Assembly (NCBI GenBank): GCA_038087875.1
Contig: CM075993.1
Location: 8,124,001 to 8,184,000, forward strand
Length of the DNA stretch: 60,000 bases
Direction of reading: 5' to 3'
Origin: Malacoraja senta
Taxonomy: Eukaryota
The translations under genes and the position numbers were made by a program. The notes under the pieces are model-generated. The model was given only the letters and a program-made list of their open reading frames with translations. It did not search any database and had not been told where the DNA came from. Positions 38,739 through 52,589 of the stretch are shown one piece after another (the first letter of the stretch is position 1; each line of letters begins with the position of its first letter).

Positions 38739-39949
38739 CTGGTTGAGACAAAATAAACTTGTCAAAGCATTTTTAAGCCAGTTCCACTGAGGTCTTAATT
38801 TTCAAAACTAATGGCAAATGTTACTCAATGCATATACAGTTGATATTCGCAAAGTGACTTCTGACATCTCTGAAGGCTACAATGGTGCACATTAATCTTT
38901 GTAGTAACAGTAGCTGACAAGAATGCCATCTTCAAATGCAACACATGGGAAGGGTGTCTTGAAATGGTAGGTTAAGCTGTGCTGGAAAATTCTGGAGAAA
39001 TTTCAAATTGCTGCAGCATAGATATTGTACATCAGCAATGGAGAGCAATATTGAATTCAATTGAAGCACAGATCCAAATGTCTCCAGAAATTCACTAAGG
39101 CTAGAATGCAAATTAGATTGCCACCATCAAATGCCAAATGTTTTACTCTCTTGGACAAAGGGCAGCCATGTGGAGCAAGTGTGAGGTGGAGTATAAAACA
39201 ACTTGCTGCAAGTCTGATCTTCATCTCATCTACGCTATCAATCCTGCTAGATCTCACCCAGTTACATTTTCTCGATGACACAGAAGTCTGAACATGGGTT
39301 GATTTTAATATTGTAACATCAGATATTTGTTGGTGTCTTATTAATGGTAGATACTGGAATGTAATATTTATGCTAGAATTAATGAACAGCTCATAGAAAT
39401 TCACAAACAAACAAATCATAAATTGAGACTGAGACCTGACGAAATTCCAGCTCTTCAATTGCATCGTTGCGTTTAGAAGATGGTGTAATCTTTACAATAG
39501 CACTGATTCTGGAACCATTCCTACAGATTAGGTGGCTAATATAACCCTACCATGATCAAATACAAGACAATTTCAAAGCCACATCCCGCCCACGTTCTCT
39601 TCTTGCTCCTAACATTGGGAAGATGTATAGCAGTTTGAAAACAGTGACCACCAGGTTCAAGAATAATTACTTCCCAGCAATCATCAGGCTCTTGAACGCT
39701 ACACTCATCAACTATTAATTTTGGCTGCACTACCACTAGGTTTATTAATTATATTAATATTATACATTATCTGTATATTGTATTTGCAGGCCTTTTAAGC
39801 TGTTACATGTTGAGTCTCATTGTTCTGTTGGTATGTATGACAGTTAAATACTTAGTTCTGAGGGGGAGAAGGGAAAGTTGATAAATCAACAAAAATGTTG
39901 GCTTGGAAAATAAGATTTCCACTGTCACCTTTTATGAAAGCAAAATTAT

Positions 39950-41810
39950 GTTTTTTAAGCGTTTGAATTGAAGCCATGCCTGGTGGACGAACCAAGAGTG
40001 AAATGGTTGGTGTATTTAGGTGCCCAGAAGGCCTTTGACACAGGTGCCATACAAGGCATTATTCAGCACTGTGCGGATAATATGCTGACAAGGATGATTG
40101 GAACAAACAGGTAATTTTCAGGCTAGGGGGGCTGTAACCTTTGGAGCATGGTGAAAGGATCCCAGCTTTTCAAAATCCATATCTCTGTCCAGGATGAGAG
40201 GATAAATTGTAATTATTCAAGTTTGCTGATGAGGGAAAAGCTAGGCAGCAGTGAAGACAGCTGATTCTAGGGATTTATAGCCAGCCAAGAGGGAATATCT
40301 TGGCAGAGGGGTCAATGCAGAAAACATGTGGGGTCATCCTCTGGCCGAAAAAATAGAAAGACTTTCAAAATAGTAAAAATAAAATATGGTTTTCTGAGGG
40401 ATCCTGGCTCCCCTTGTACACAAATCACCAAAAGTTCAAATGCAATTTCTACAAATAGTAATGCCAGTTTCTCAAATTAGTGTAAAAGATAGACAAATTT
40501 CCACAACACATATTTCTGCTTGAGACCACACCAGGTCTGGGTGCAGTATCGTGTGCAGATCTGTTCTCCTTAAATATATGCTACACTAACATTAAAGGAT
40601 GCATCGAAAATTCACCAGGTTCATTTCCAAGGACAAACACAAAATGCTGACGTAACAGGAACAGTAACGGCAAGAACAGGAAGGCAGATTATTATCTGAA
40701 TGGTGTCAGGTTAGGAAAAGGGGAAGTACAGAGACCTGGGTGTCCTTGTACATCAGTCAGTGCTGAATATGATGAAAGAATGGAGCGACTGGGCTTGTAT
40801 TCACTGGCACTGGAATTTAGAAGGTTGATAGGGGATCTTATAGAAACATATAAAATTATTAAGGATGGGACACGCTAGATGCAGGAAACATGTTCCTGAT
40901 GTTGGGAGAGTCCAAAACCAGGGGGCACAGTTTAAGAATAAGGAGTAGGCCATTTAGAACTGAGATGAGGAAAAACCTTTTCACAGAGTTGTGAATTTGT
41001 GGAATGCTCTGCCTCAGAAGGCAGTGGAGGCCGATTCACTGGATGCATTCAAAATAGTGTTAGATAGGGCTAGCAGAATCAAGGGATATGGTGAGAAGGC
41101 AGGAACAGGTTACTGATTGTGGATGATCAGCCATAATCACATTGAATGGCCTACTCCTGCACCTATTGTCTGTGTAACTCAGCGGGTCAGGCAGCATCTC
41201 TGGAGAATAGGCAATGTCTTCAAGCTGAAAGTGGACGTAGGGAGGGTGGTTGGGGATAATAAACTGGAGGGGAGAAAAGACCAGAACAAATGAGGCCGGC
41301 TACAGATGACCTCAGGAAGGGTGGAGCTCACAATGGCCCAATGTCGGTAGTGGAAGGCGAATAAGAGGGATAAAGGAATTCATTTTGTGACCATCTTTGG
41401 TATAAATCAGCATTTGCAGTTCCTTCCAGCTCATTTTCAGCAAGACAGGTTTGAGGTGAGGAAATATTAGACCTGTGTTTTTAAATTCGCAATCTCAATG
41501 AAAAATACAATTCTTAAAATAACTTGACAGGGTAGATGCAGAGTTGTTGTTCCCCTGGATGGTGCGTGTAGAATTACAAATCAGTCTCAAATAGGGAAAT
41601 GCCCACTCAGTATGGATGAGAAGTTTCTTCACCAATGAGATGGTGAGTCTTTGGAATTAATTCACCAAGAATATTTAATGCAGTTCAATACATGTCTTTA
41701 GATATTGTGAGGAAATCTTAGGATATGTTGATAGGTCAAGAAAGCAATGTTGAGATAAAAGATCACACTAACCTCACTGAATGGCAACACAGACAATAGG
41801 GGACAAATGG
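39950..41810 (+). mobile_element. Highly decayed CR1 with nested younger CR1 and Penelope fragments (PCLAF intron 3)
   Basis: KAFD and KFAD remnants; younger CR1 3' end at 40670-41170. Confidence 0.65.
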
Positions 41811-42379
41811 CATGTGTTCAGGAATTTGCTTTGTTAAGGGAAGCAGTATTGCACCTTTAATGCAGCAGCCTGATTAACGGGCATTTTAACTTCCTTGGTT
41901 CTGAAACTCTAATGAGCCAATCGAAATGCCCAGTCAGCGAAGTAGATTGCCTACGGCTGCCCTCGAGTGCCTGTAAGTAAATAGCGACCCCACTCCACTA
42001 CGAGTGAAAAAGACCCATGCCGACCAAATTTTACTTGCGGAAATTATTTTCAATATCCTGAAAAAAATTCCACGACCTAGCTCAGGCTGCGAGTAGACAG
42101 GAACTTCCCTCGAGCATGCAGGAGAGTTCCAGCGACCTCATGTCGACCATGCTGCGAGTTTGAGTCCAGGGCAAACTCTTCTAAACTCGCAGATTAGGTC
42201 GCTCAAGTGGGACAGGCCCTTCAGTCACCTTTCCCAATATCTCAGGTGACAATTAATTTTCCATTTGAGAGATCCCTGGAGAAGTTTTGCTCTATTGAAG
42301 TGCTACATAAGCGAGTTTTGTGTAAAGCTATGAAGGAACAGTTAAGACTATGTGTTTGAAAGAAGAATCTGAAATTTAC

Positions 42380-42553
42380 CTTCTCTGAGCTTTTTTTGGT
42401 TCAGCCGTGCTGCTAGTGGGCTCATCATCCGAGGGAACTGTATTTTCTTTCTCCGGCAGTTTCGATGGTCCACCACCAAAGAATCTCCAATGCCTTTCTG
42501 CCACTTTGGGGTGGGTCTTGGACACACTGAATTCCCACCAGCATATTTATTTT
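42380..42553 (-). CDS. PCLAF: PCLAF exon 3 (PIP box, KEN motif); 1-nt deletion as assembled
   Basis: (E)NKYAGGNSVCPRPTPKWQKGIGD[F]FGGGPSKLPEKENTVPSDDEPTSSTAEPKKAQR. The exon is 174 nt where splice phases require 175. Confidence 0.92.
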
Positions 42554-43120
42554 CTGTTCAAAACAAAGCAAGCAGAACTCAGCACAACATATGCCATTGG
42601 ACCAAGTCAGTAAGCATTCTTGGAAACCACCAAACTGTGTTTATGATGGTATAAACATAATTATCCCAATACTAGACAAAAGTCACTAATGTCCCAATTT
42701 AAATATTAAACATTTCTTCTTACATGGAAACACCCATGATCAATGCAGAAAGCTCAGTTTTTGTTGAACAGAAACCATGAATTCCCAAGTAATATGCATT
42801 GAGACTATACCCACACTTTCAAAATTACAATTTAACCATCATTAATCTGATCTATGAACATTATTACATATTTAACCATATCAAATGGTCCCTGCTGGAA
42901 ATAATTTCCACAGTTAATGTCAAAAATTGGCGCAGAAAAGAAACACAGCATTTTATACAACTTGCTGCAGACCACACTTCATGAAGCCCAAAATATTCTC
43001 TTTTGGGACAAAAATAATGTGATTTTAGTCGATGACCAGCCTTCTGTGGATAATTCCTGGAAGCAAAACTAATAATCGCTAGGGCATTTTTACTGAAGTA
43101 CATGTCCTGTCAGTACATAC

Positions 43121-43201
43121 CCTTTTTCCCAGGGGATGTAAGGGAGTTGTTTGCTGCACTCGTACATCCAAGTGCCTTTCTTGGTGCTCGGGCAGCAACA
43201 G
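43121..43201 (-). CDS. PCLAF: PCLAF exon 2
   Basis: (A)VAARAPRKALGCTSAANNSLTSPGKK, 81 nt, cag/gtatgt boundaries. Confidence 0.93.
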
Positions 43202-44969
43202 CTGAGGAAACAAAAAGCACAGAGTCCTTCTTAAAATCAGGTGGATTGAGAAACGTCGAAAATTAAGACATTGTTAGATTCTCAAATGTTAAAACACAAA
43301 ATACTGTAATAACTTAGTGGGTCGGCATTGTTGGTGGACATGGCTAGGTAACATTTCGGGTGAAGACGCTTCTTCAGACTGAGTGTTAGTGTGCGCTGGA
43401 AAAGAGGTGGGGGTAGGAAAAAGGCTGGCAAGTGATAGGTGGATACAGGTGAAGGGCGCTTGATCAGCAGATACGTGATTTACCAATTCGCAAATAAAAT
43501 CAAACAAAATAGCTTCATGACATGAAAAACCTTGCAGAATAGCCCATAAAGAAATTGCCACCCAAAAGATAAAACCATGGCATACTGACATTGCTTCGAT
43601 CATGATCCCTATACCCGGATATACTCAATTTTTCTATTTCAAGACTAGCTAGCTCTGCTCCAGTGTTAATAATTTATAGCATTAACTTTTACCCCAGTCT
43701 GCAGGGTCCTTTCAGCAGTTTAAATCTGCATTTCCTAGCTTTAACACATTTAATTTTTCTCTCTCATTAATCTATTCAATAGATGGGATACAATGTTGAT
43801 GCAATTAGATACCAGAGCTCACCTGAGCCCAGAGATGTATCTTTTGTCTATCCATTGTTTGCATCAGAAAATCAACATGAACAGGTCACTATTCCTCATC
43901 ATCAGATGCTGCCTGACCCATTGTACATGGTTACATTTCACACGTTCATCTTATACAACAATTTGCTTTAATACTTTCAACTTCAATTGGATATGTTATC
44001 AAGAGACACCAGGCCAAAAGACGATTAGAATCAGGGGCCTGAAGCTTAACGTATGGATATGTATCAGGAATTGTCATGGAGCCTTCCAAATATATTGCAT
44101 TACACAAAGTTGCCATTTCAAAAGTAGGTAAACCGGTCAAAATATACTTGACACAAAAGCACTGTGGCCAGTACCATATTGATGTGATGGGCACATGTGT
44201 ATCAAATGCCCATCAAAGCCCAACTCTGGACAGTATCAAATTTGATGTTCCCAGAGAGAAACCAAGTATCAACTCCACAAAGGAAACATTTTGGTTTGTC
44301 ACAGCGTGACCTTCCATGTGCTGGTGGTACATTCCAGTGCACAGCAGTACGTGCTGAGAGATGCAGTGAAGTTTGCATATAGTCTGAAGAATTGTTTCAA
44401 CATTTGTCCCCGCTGAGTTACTCTAACATTTTGTGTCTATCTTGTATTAAGACTCTGGGTATAGACATAATCTTGGATCCTTCATAATGTTAGCAGAATC
44501 CCGTACAACAGCGTCTTAAACACTTCACTGCTCTACGATTTAAAGATGAAAAATAAATGATATTGAAGCATTATTAAGGGAATATACTGGGAGACACAAG
44601 GAAATGCAGGTGCTGAGGAATTGAGCAAAACACAAAGTATAGGTCAGGCAGCATCTGTGGAGAGAATGGACAGGCATTTCGGATCGGGAACTCTTGATTG
44701 AAATACATTGATTTAATACTATGAATAGCAGATGTACATTTGGTACACCCAACACAAAGCCATTCCCCCAACAGATGCTACTTAACCTGCCGAATTCCTC
44801 CAACATTGTGATTTACTATGTATTGATTGTATCTCATTCATAAAAAAAGCATGTAGTACAAATGCATATTCATAAAAACATACAGGAAATGCAACAAAAA
44901 ACAAAATGGTTGACAGGGCACTGGGGGGTTGAAAACAATACATAAAGAGAATCTCCCTGGGGATATTTG

Positions 44970-45910
44970 GCAGCAGCGACGCCGGAGACCGGTGAGTACA
45001 GGCGGGTAGTTTACGGCGAGGCTGGCCGGAGGCGGGCGGTGGGACATGGGCCTCCCCCGTCTCCGGAGCCCGCTCTCTGGGCATCCCGGCGCCAAAACCC
45101 CAGGCGGAGATGGCGCGCTTTCCACGGGTTCGTGCCCCGCACCGGCGGCGAGACTCGCGGCAACCTCGGTGCGCGGTGCTCCGAACGGGCGGCATTCCCG
45201 CCAAAACCGGCCACGGCCGCAGATGGGAACGGACAGCGGGAACGTCCCCTTTAATTAAAGGGGGGGGGGAGAGACTGTGTGGCGGCCAGGGCTTAGACGG
45301 ACGGTCAGCCATCGACGGTCCGGCTGGGACTAAAACGGCCTGGCGCCATTCGGGGACATGGTCGCGGGTTCACGGTACAGATCTTGCGCCGCTTACCCTT
45401 TCGGAAAGCGCCGGTGGAGACGGACGGGGCGTCGGCCTTGGTGCGCACCATGTCGTCGCTTGTGGGATGGGTGGGTTCAGGCCAGCTCGCGCCGCCGCGC
45501 GCCGCCTTTTTAAATCCGCCGCCAGCAGCCTCGCGCCTCCCGCCCGCTCAACCGCCGCCGCCGCCATTGGTCGGCCGCCCGGCGCTCCCTCCAATCACGT
45601 CCCTCGTCTCATCCGCCCTCAGCCGAGCGGCCAATCGGAGCGACGGGCTCACCATCCGCCCGACCTCGCTCTGCCAATCGGACGTCAGGCGGGAAAGCCG
45701 AGCTGTGGTGTTGTCCGGTTAAAACAACCATCCCCGGCAGGAATAACTCGCCAAAAAATATATATCACAAACTGCGACCTATTGCAATGGTATGATATTA
45801 AATTTGTTTAAATTGCGAAGAAATTACTTTCACCAATTCTCCACCCAGCTGGCGCGTCGATTAGATTGACAGTGATGTGGACCAATGCATAGCTGCATGC
45901 TTGGCGGGCT
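44970..45910 (-). promoter_or_regulatory. PCLAF CpG island and cell-cycle promoter
   Basis: Very CpG-rich. On the - strand TGGCGG-N4-TTTAAA (CDE/CHR, 45509-45524); CCAAT boxes at 45566, 45591, 45631, 45674; E2F-type TTTCCCGCC at 45688-45696; GACGTCA at 45681. Confidence 0.8.
45397..45451 (-). CDS. PCLAF: PCNA clamp-associated factor (PAF15/KIAA0101), exon 1
   Basis: MVRTKADAPSVSTGAFRK, donor gtaagc. Confidence 0.93.
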
Positions 45911-48900
45911 CTATAAATCGTTTGCTAATAGTTGGGGGTAATTAGTGAGCCTGGGTTTCAAGAATGGAATTCGCATATATATATATATGTGTGTGGTTTT
46001 TGTGTAACTAAAGGGTATCATTTCAATAAAGTGCAGAATGCAATGACTGGATCATAAAGGAGATCTTTGCTGTTGGTGTAATCCAGTCAGAATTTTATTG
46101 AAATGTAATAACTTTAATTTATCTGTTATAAAAAAACAGTGGAAAACAACTTTTGACGTTTTTTAACAAAATATTAAAAACTCAGAGGGTGATTTTACAT
46201 TTTAGACGATTTTAGCAGACAGATATTCTGTTCATGGTAAATCGTTGTTTTTGTTTAAACAATAGTCATGTTTTAAACAAAACAAACAATGCTGGTCAAC
46301 GGGTCAAGCAGCTTCTGTGGAAGGAATGGACAAACAACGTGTCTTCAGACTGATGAATTAGAGGGGAGATGGCTGGTAGAGAGATGTGAAGAGAAGGGGC
46401 GAGACATAATACATATTTTGATGTCCCATCTGACAATGAAACTCAGCTTACATATTGAAATTCGTCTTTGCTTTGTTTACTGGATCATTGAATCATAGAA
46501 TGTGATACAGAAGGAGGCCATTTGCCTTATCACGCTAGCTTTTGTTGCATATGTTCAATATATTGCACCTGCCTCTTCCTTGCAGCCCTATTACAATTTT
46601 CACCCGAGCATTTGCCCTGGTTACTATTGAATCAGTTTCTATCAATCTTTCAAGCAGTGCATTCTTTCTTTTAGTAAATTACTGCATAAAAATGTTCTTC
46701 ATTTCTCCTCTGGTTCCCTTGCCAATTACCTGAAATCTGACCTGACATAGACTGCTGAACCTGAAATATTAACTGTTTCTCGTTCCACATATGCTACAAG
46801 AAATCTTAACGTATGGTTGTAAACATACTTTAATTAACCTTAAAAACAAAGTGCTGGATAAACTGGGCAGGTCAAATAGTATCCATGGATGGACATAGAT
46901 AGACAACATTTTTGGTTGAGACCTGAAGAAGGGTCTCAGCCAAAATGTTTTTTGTCCATTTTTTTCTACAGATGCTACCTGAACCACTGAGTTCCTCCAG
47001 CAATTTATTTTTGCTCAGGATTCCAGCATCTGCCATCCCTTGCGTCAGCAATTGATATTGTCCCTGAAAAAGTTGACTAAATTTTCATGTGGAATTTATC
47101 TGTATATCCCATCCAGGAAGATTCTGTTGCCAGTATGCTGGAGTTTGGAATCTCACATTGACCATTTTCTGCTTAAACGTCAATTGCATGGTTCATCTGT
47201 TCAGGGAGCTAATGTGGGTTAAGGAGAATTGCTTGGGACTCCTTTGCTAATGGAACTTGCTACCTTGACCATTAACAGATTCAGATGGCAAGTTGCCGAT
47301 GGATTCAGAATAGAAAATGCTGGAAACACACACTTAGCAGATCAGGCAGCATCTCCCAAAAGAGAAACGGAGCCCATATTTCAGGTTGAAGGTATTCTGA
47401 TTACTGATGAAGAGTGTTCAACCTGAAAAGTTAACCCTGTTTCTTTTTCTGCAGATGTTGACAGACCTACCTTGTGCTACCAACATTTTCCATATCAATT
47501 TCAGATTTCCAGCATTGCAGTTTTCAGCAGATTTGTTCAGTCTTCTTATGTGGCCACATTCATGCCAGGTGTTTCTTACTGGGAGTGCATAGTGCCTACC
47601 AAAGGCCATGATTATAGACCTCCAGGACTGCATTCTGATTTGATTTTTCCTTTTAAACTTGGCCAAAAGTGTTTTTAAAAAATGAAATATTAATTCTTCC
47701 ATTTCCTTGGGCTATTTAGATAAGTAATCAAGGTGTATCAGGAGTCATTGAACCTAAAGAGTTTTTCATGTTTACTCTTACAGCGAGTGCATGATATATT
47801 TTTAAAAATCCACATATTGCATTGTTTGTAGTCTTCAGACATGGTACCTTGTAATGTTAAGAGAGACTGCTTCCAACCCTTAGATAACTAGTTTGATGTT
47901 TAAATGGTATTTTATTGTCACATGTATCAAGGTACAGTGAAATTAATTTAAGTTCAGTACATGTATCACTATACATAAGCACTTGGATACATCCTAGATA
48001 AACATCTCAGATACAGTACAAGTGTATAGCAGTACTACACTGAGAAAATATACAGTGTTGTCAGTTTTTGGCACATTTACGAGTCCGGTTATCGTAAGTA
48101 CAGGGTTCCTGGCCTGACCATGAAGGCCCGTTGTCCTGGTGGTGTTGCAGGGTCAGCCTGGCCAAGCATAGCTGTGGTGTCCTCCATCACTGCTCCAACA
48201 CCATAACGTTTTTGAATGCAGGTCAGAGCTCTTGCAGTAGCCTGAAACCGAAGGGAGGATGTTGGAAACATGCAGTGAAAAATGAAGTTAACATTACAAG
48301 CTAGTTCAGATATTAAAAGGAAAGCCTTGTTTTCTCACTTTCGGTGAAGTTTTTGACTTGAAACATTCATTCTATTTCTCTCAATATTTCCGGTGTCTTC
48401 TATTTCCCAACATTTGTATTTCTTTATTTTCTATTCCATTCAATTGGGAAGCAGAAAAAAACAGGAAACATGGCCTTATAAGTTCATAAGTGATAGGAGC
48501 AGAATTAGGCCATTCGGCCCATCAAGTCTACTCCGCCATTCAAGTCTACTCCGCAATTGGCTTTCCAGAGGAGGCACTGTCCAGAACGGCTGCCTGTCCT
48601 GGCCAGAACATCGGCTTTGGCGGCGGTGCAGAACATCGGCTTTGGCAGTGCTGGAGCGCTGTCGTGGAGCGGGCGATGTCTTTCCTGGGTCGCCGCGCTG
48701 GAACTCTAGTATGCTGGGACCGCCGATGAGAACATCGTGGAGCCGCGGTTCTGTGCAGCAGCCCAGCTGCTATGCTGAACGTTACATCCCGGAGCCTGGG
48801 ATCTCTTACTGAGATTGCCAGTGTGTGGAGCTCCGTCCGGCACGGTCTGTTGGCTTGGAAGCCGCGGTCTTCGGTGGAAAGGTGGTCGTTCCTGGTACCG

Positions 48901-49149
48901 CAAGCCGCTGGGGGTTCTCCCGACGCCGGAGCACCATCACCCGGCGAGAACATTGGGCGCCGTGGCGGCGACTGTGGGGGCCTCAGTGGGCCCGACTCTG
49001 GGTGGACAAGAGGATGGGGACTGGACTTTGTGCCTTCCCCCACAGTGGGAACCACTGTGGGGGGATGTTTTTGTGTTTTGGTGGTGAACTTCTTTTTAAT
49101 ACTATGTTGTATTTTATTAGTGTGCTGCAAGGACATCTGAATTTACACT

Positions 49150-50096
49150 GCTTTACACCATCTACACATATGATTGCACCCCCGCCCACCACAGTAACAC
49201 CATTGTCAAATTCGCGGATGACACCACGGTGGTGGGGCTCATCTCGGGGGGGGGGGGATGAGTACGCCTACAGGGATGAGGTGGAGCAGCTGACAGGGTG
49301 GTGTGGAGAAAATAACCTGCTCCTCAACACCTCAAAGACCAAGGAGCTCATAATAGACTACAGAAAGAAGAAAACGGACATTACACCACTAATCATCGAT
49401 GGGGACTGTGGAGAGGGTGGCGGATTTCCGCTTCCTGGGAATCCACATTGAGGAGGACCTGACTTGGAGCGTGAACACCTCTGCGCTGCTGAAAAAGGTC
49501 CAGCAGAGACTGTACTTCCTGAGGGTGCTCAGGAAGAACAACATCACCCAGAGACTGCTGCTATCCTTTTATCGGTGCTCAATAGAGAGCATCTTAACAT
49601 ACTGTGTATGCGTGTGGTACACCAGCTGCACAGTGGCTAAGAGGAAAGCGCTCCAGAGGGCTATTGACAACACCCAGAAGATTATCGGCTGCCCTCTCCT
49701 CACCTTGGAGGACCTACACAGTTCCCACTGTCTCAAAAAATCCCAGAAGATCATAAAGGACATTTTCCACCCCGGTCACTCCCTGTTTGAACTGCTGCCG
49801 TCAGGCAGACGGTACAGATCAATGAGGACAAGGACAAACAGACTCAAAAACAGTTTTTATCCCACAGCAATAACTACACTTAATGTAGCCACCAAATGAG
49901 TGCAGGTGTGCTACACACCAAAGGGACTGTGAAATCGACAGAAGAATGTGTTTTTTTTTCATGTTATTTATTTTAGTTGTTTATCTTAGACTTTTGCTCT
50001 TAGAAAATGTGTGAATGGTGCACTGACTGGTTGGCATTTCTAATTTTGTTGTACATGTTTACATGTTATAATGACAATAAAGTATTCATTCATTCA
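49150..50096 (+). mobile_element. Rex1/Babar-clade LINE 3' fragment (RT)
   Basis: IVKFADDTTVVGLI...WCGENNLLLNTSKTKELIIDYRK...FLGIHIEEDLTWS...LLPSGRRYRS...RLKNSFYP; tail caataaag(tattcat). Confidence 0.88.
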
Positions 50097-50214
50097 ATTT
50101 CCCCTGAATAAGGGGATTAATAAAGTCTAAAGTCTAATTCAATCATCGCTGATGTATCTTTCCTGTTCAACCCCATTCTCCTACCTTCTCCTCAAAACCC
50201 TGTTGCCTCACAGC

Positions 50215-52040
50215 AGGCTTGTCTTAGTGGATGACTTTAATGTCTCCAATATTGATTCCGACTTGCACAGTGCAAAAGGTTTAGACAGGGCAGAATTTGT
50301 TAGGTGAATCCAAGAGGGTTTCTTCAAACAGTATGTGGATAGTTCAACCTGAGAAGGGAACATACTGGACCTTGTGTTGGGAATTGAGCCTGGCCAGGTA
50401 ACTGGTATTACACAATCCACATTTTGAGGATAATGTGCAAAATACCACAATGCCACTGAGGAAGGAAAAAGAATAAGGTAAAGTACAATGTTATTAGGCA
50501 GGAGCTCAGGAGGGTGCACCAGGAACAGTTGTTACTGGGTAAGTCTACATCTGACATGTGGAGCCTTTCAGAAGCCTGTTTATCAAAGTTCAGGATCGGC
50601 ATTTTCCAGTAAGGAGGAGGGATAAGGATGACAAAGTAAGGGAACCTTGAATGACCAAAGAGGTTGTAAATTTGGTCAACAAGAAACAGAGCACATGTAA
50701 GGTTTAAGAGGATGGAGGTAGGGGCATTGAGGCATTTAAAGATAGGAGAAAAGAACACAAGCTGGCAATTGGAAGGGCTAAAAGAGGTCACCGAATGGCT
50801 TTGATGAAACAGATTATAGAAAATACCAAGGCTTCTTAAAGGAAACATTAAAAACGAGAGTAACCGGGTAGGACTGCTGAAGGATAAAGGGGGGAATTTG
50901 CACTTTGAGTCTTGGGATGTAGACAAGGTTCTAAATGAGTATTCTACATTTGTTTTCGCCAAGGAGAAGGGCATGGAGGACAATGAAAATTAATGTGGAG
51001 AATACAAATAAGGAAGCACAGTTTGAGATTAGGAAAGAGGAGGTGTTAGGTCTCTTGAAAAGCATTATGGTGGATAATTCATCAGGACCTGATGGATCCA
51101 TCCCACGTTATTGAGAGAGGCAAGAAAGGAAATTGCTAGAGCCTTGATGAAGATCTTTCTAGTCACAGAACAACCATCAAACTATTGAACATATGAACTA
51201 CAACTAATTGCTGAATTACGAGTCTTACTAACGTGATCAAGTTTTTTTGAGGCGGCGATGAAGGCGATCGTTGAAGGTAGGGTAGTGAATGTTGCCTACA
51301 TGGATTTTAGTAAGGTCCCCATGGTAGGCTGATAAAGTCCCTCATGGTAGGGCTGATCCAGAAGATTAAGAATGAACGGGATTAACAGTGATTTGGTTAT
51401 GTTCAAGTTCGTGTTTTTTGTCACTTAACCAACTAAGGTACAGTGAAATTTGAGTTACCATACAACCATGCTAAGTGAAAAGAACAAAATACGTACATAA
51501 AATAAAATTTAACATTAACATCCACCACAGTGGAATCAACATTCCTCACTGTGATGGAAGGCAATAAAGTTCAGTCACCTTCCTCTTTGTTGGACCATGT
51601 CGGGGTCTTGAACCCTCCGTACTTGTCGTTGCCAACGGTCCGATGTTCAAGCCCTCTCGTCGTGATGATCAAAACTCTGGCGTCGGGATGGATGTAGGTT
51701 CAGAACTGGTTTACTGATAACAGTTGTGGTGGAAGGACAATATTCAGGCTGGAGATCTGTGGCCAGTGGAGTTCCACTGGGATCTGTGCTGGGACCTCTG
51801 CAGTTTGTGATATATATAAATGGCTTGGACGTAAACGTTGACGAGTTGGTTGATAAGTTTGCAGATGACACCAAGATTGCTGGAGTCGCAGACTGTAAGG
51901 AAGGCTGCCAAAGTCTCCAGCGGAATATAGATCAGCTACAGAAATGGGTAGAGAAATGGCAGATGGGATTTAGGTGGAGCAACATTTGGAGGTTGAATGT
52001 AAGGGTAAAAGATACAATTAATGGTATAACCCTTAACAGC
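50215..52040 (+). mobile_element. Old CR1 ORF2 remnant (endonuclease to RT)
   Basis: Decayed DDFN and ILDLVL endonuclease motifs; SGVPLGSVLGPLQFVIYING...DKFADDTKI RT motifs; many stops. Confidence 0.8.
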
Positions 52041-52589
52041 AACTCCCTTCATTATCTTCAAAATAGTATGATGGGATCTTTTGAAGATGAGCGAAATGAC
52101 TGAACCAAAAGTTTGTACTTCTCTTAACTGATGCTATAGACTATATTTTCTACCTATCTACAACAACTGAGATTGGTAGATTGAAAGTTTAAAATTCATC
52201 ACCTTCTGACTTGGAAATGGATGTTAACATTGAGGTGTGGTAACTCCTTTACTTCAGTAGTTGGGGATCTGACGTAAATTCTCTATTTATTGCATTATAT
52301 GTTTCTCAGGACACAGAAGAACATATTCAGCCTATTGAATGCAAGCTCTCATTTTCCCATTTATTTTCCTGCAACCTATTCTCTCTCACAAGTCCATCAA
52401 CACATCCCTGTTACATCTCCCACACCTATCGCCACTGAGTGCTCATTTACAATAGTCATTTTATGTACCAGATTGTGAGAGGAAACCAGAGCACCATTGG
52501 GGAATACACATGATTACAGAGAGAACTTACAAACTCTATTCAGGCCACCAGTATAATCAAGGACGAATGTCACTCCCTCATCCCCCCCT

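Noticed and set aside
45110..45811. Long GC-rich ORFs (233 aa +, 176 aa -)
   Set aside because: Stop-poor CpG island overlapping PCLAF exon 1 and its promoter
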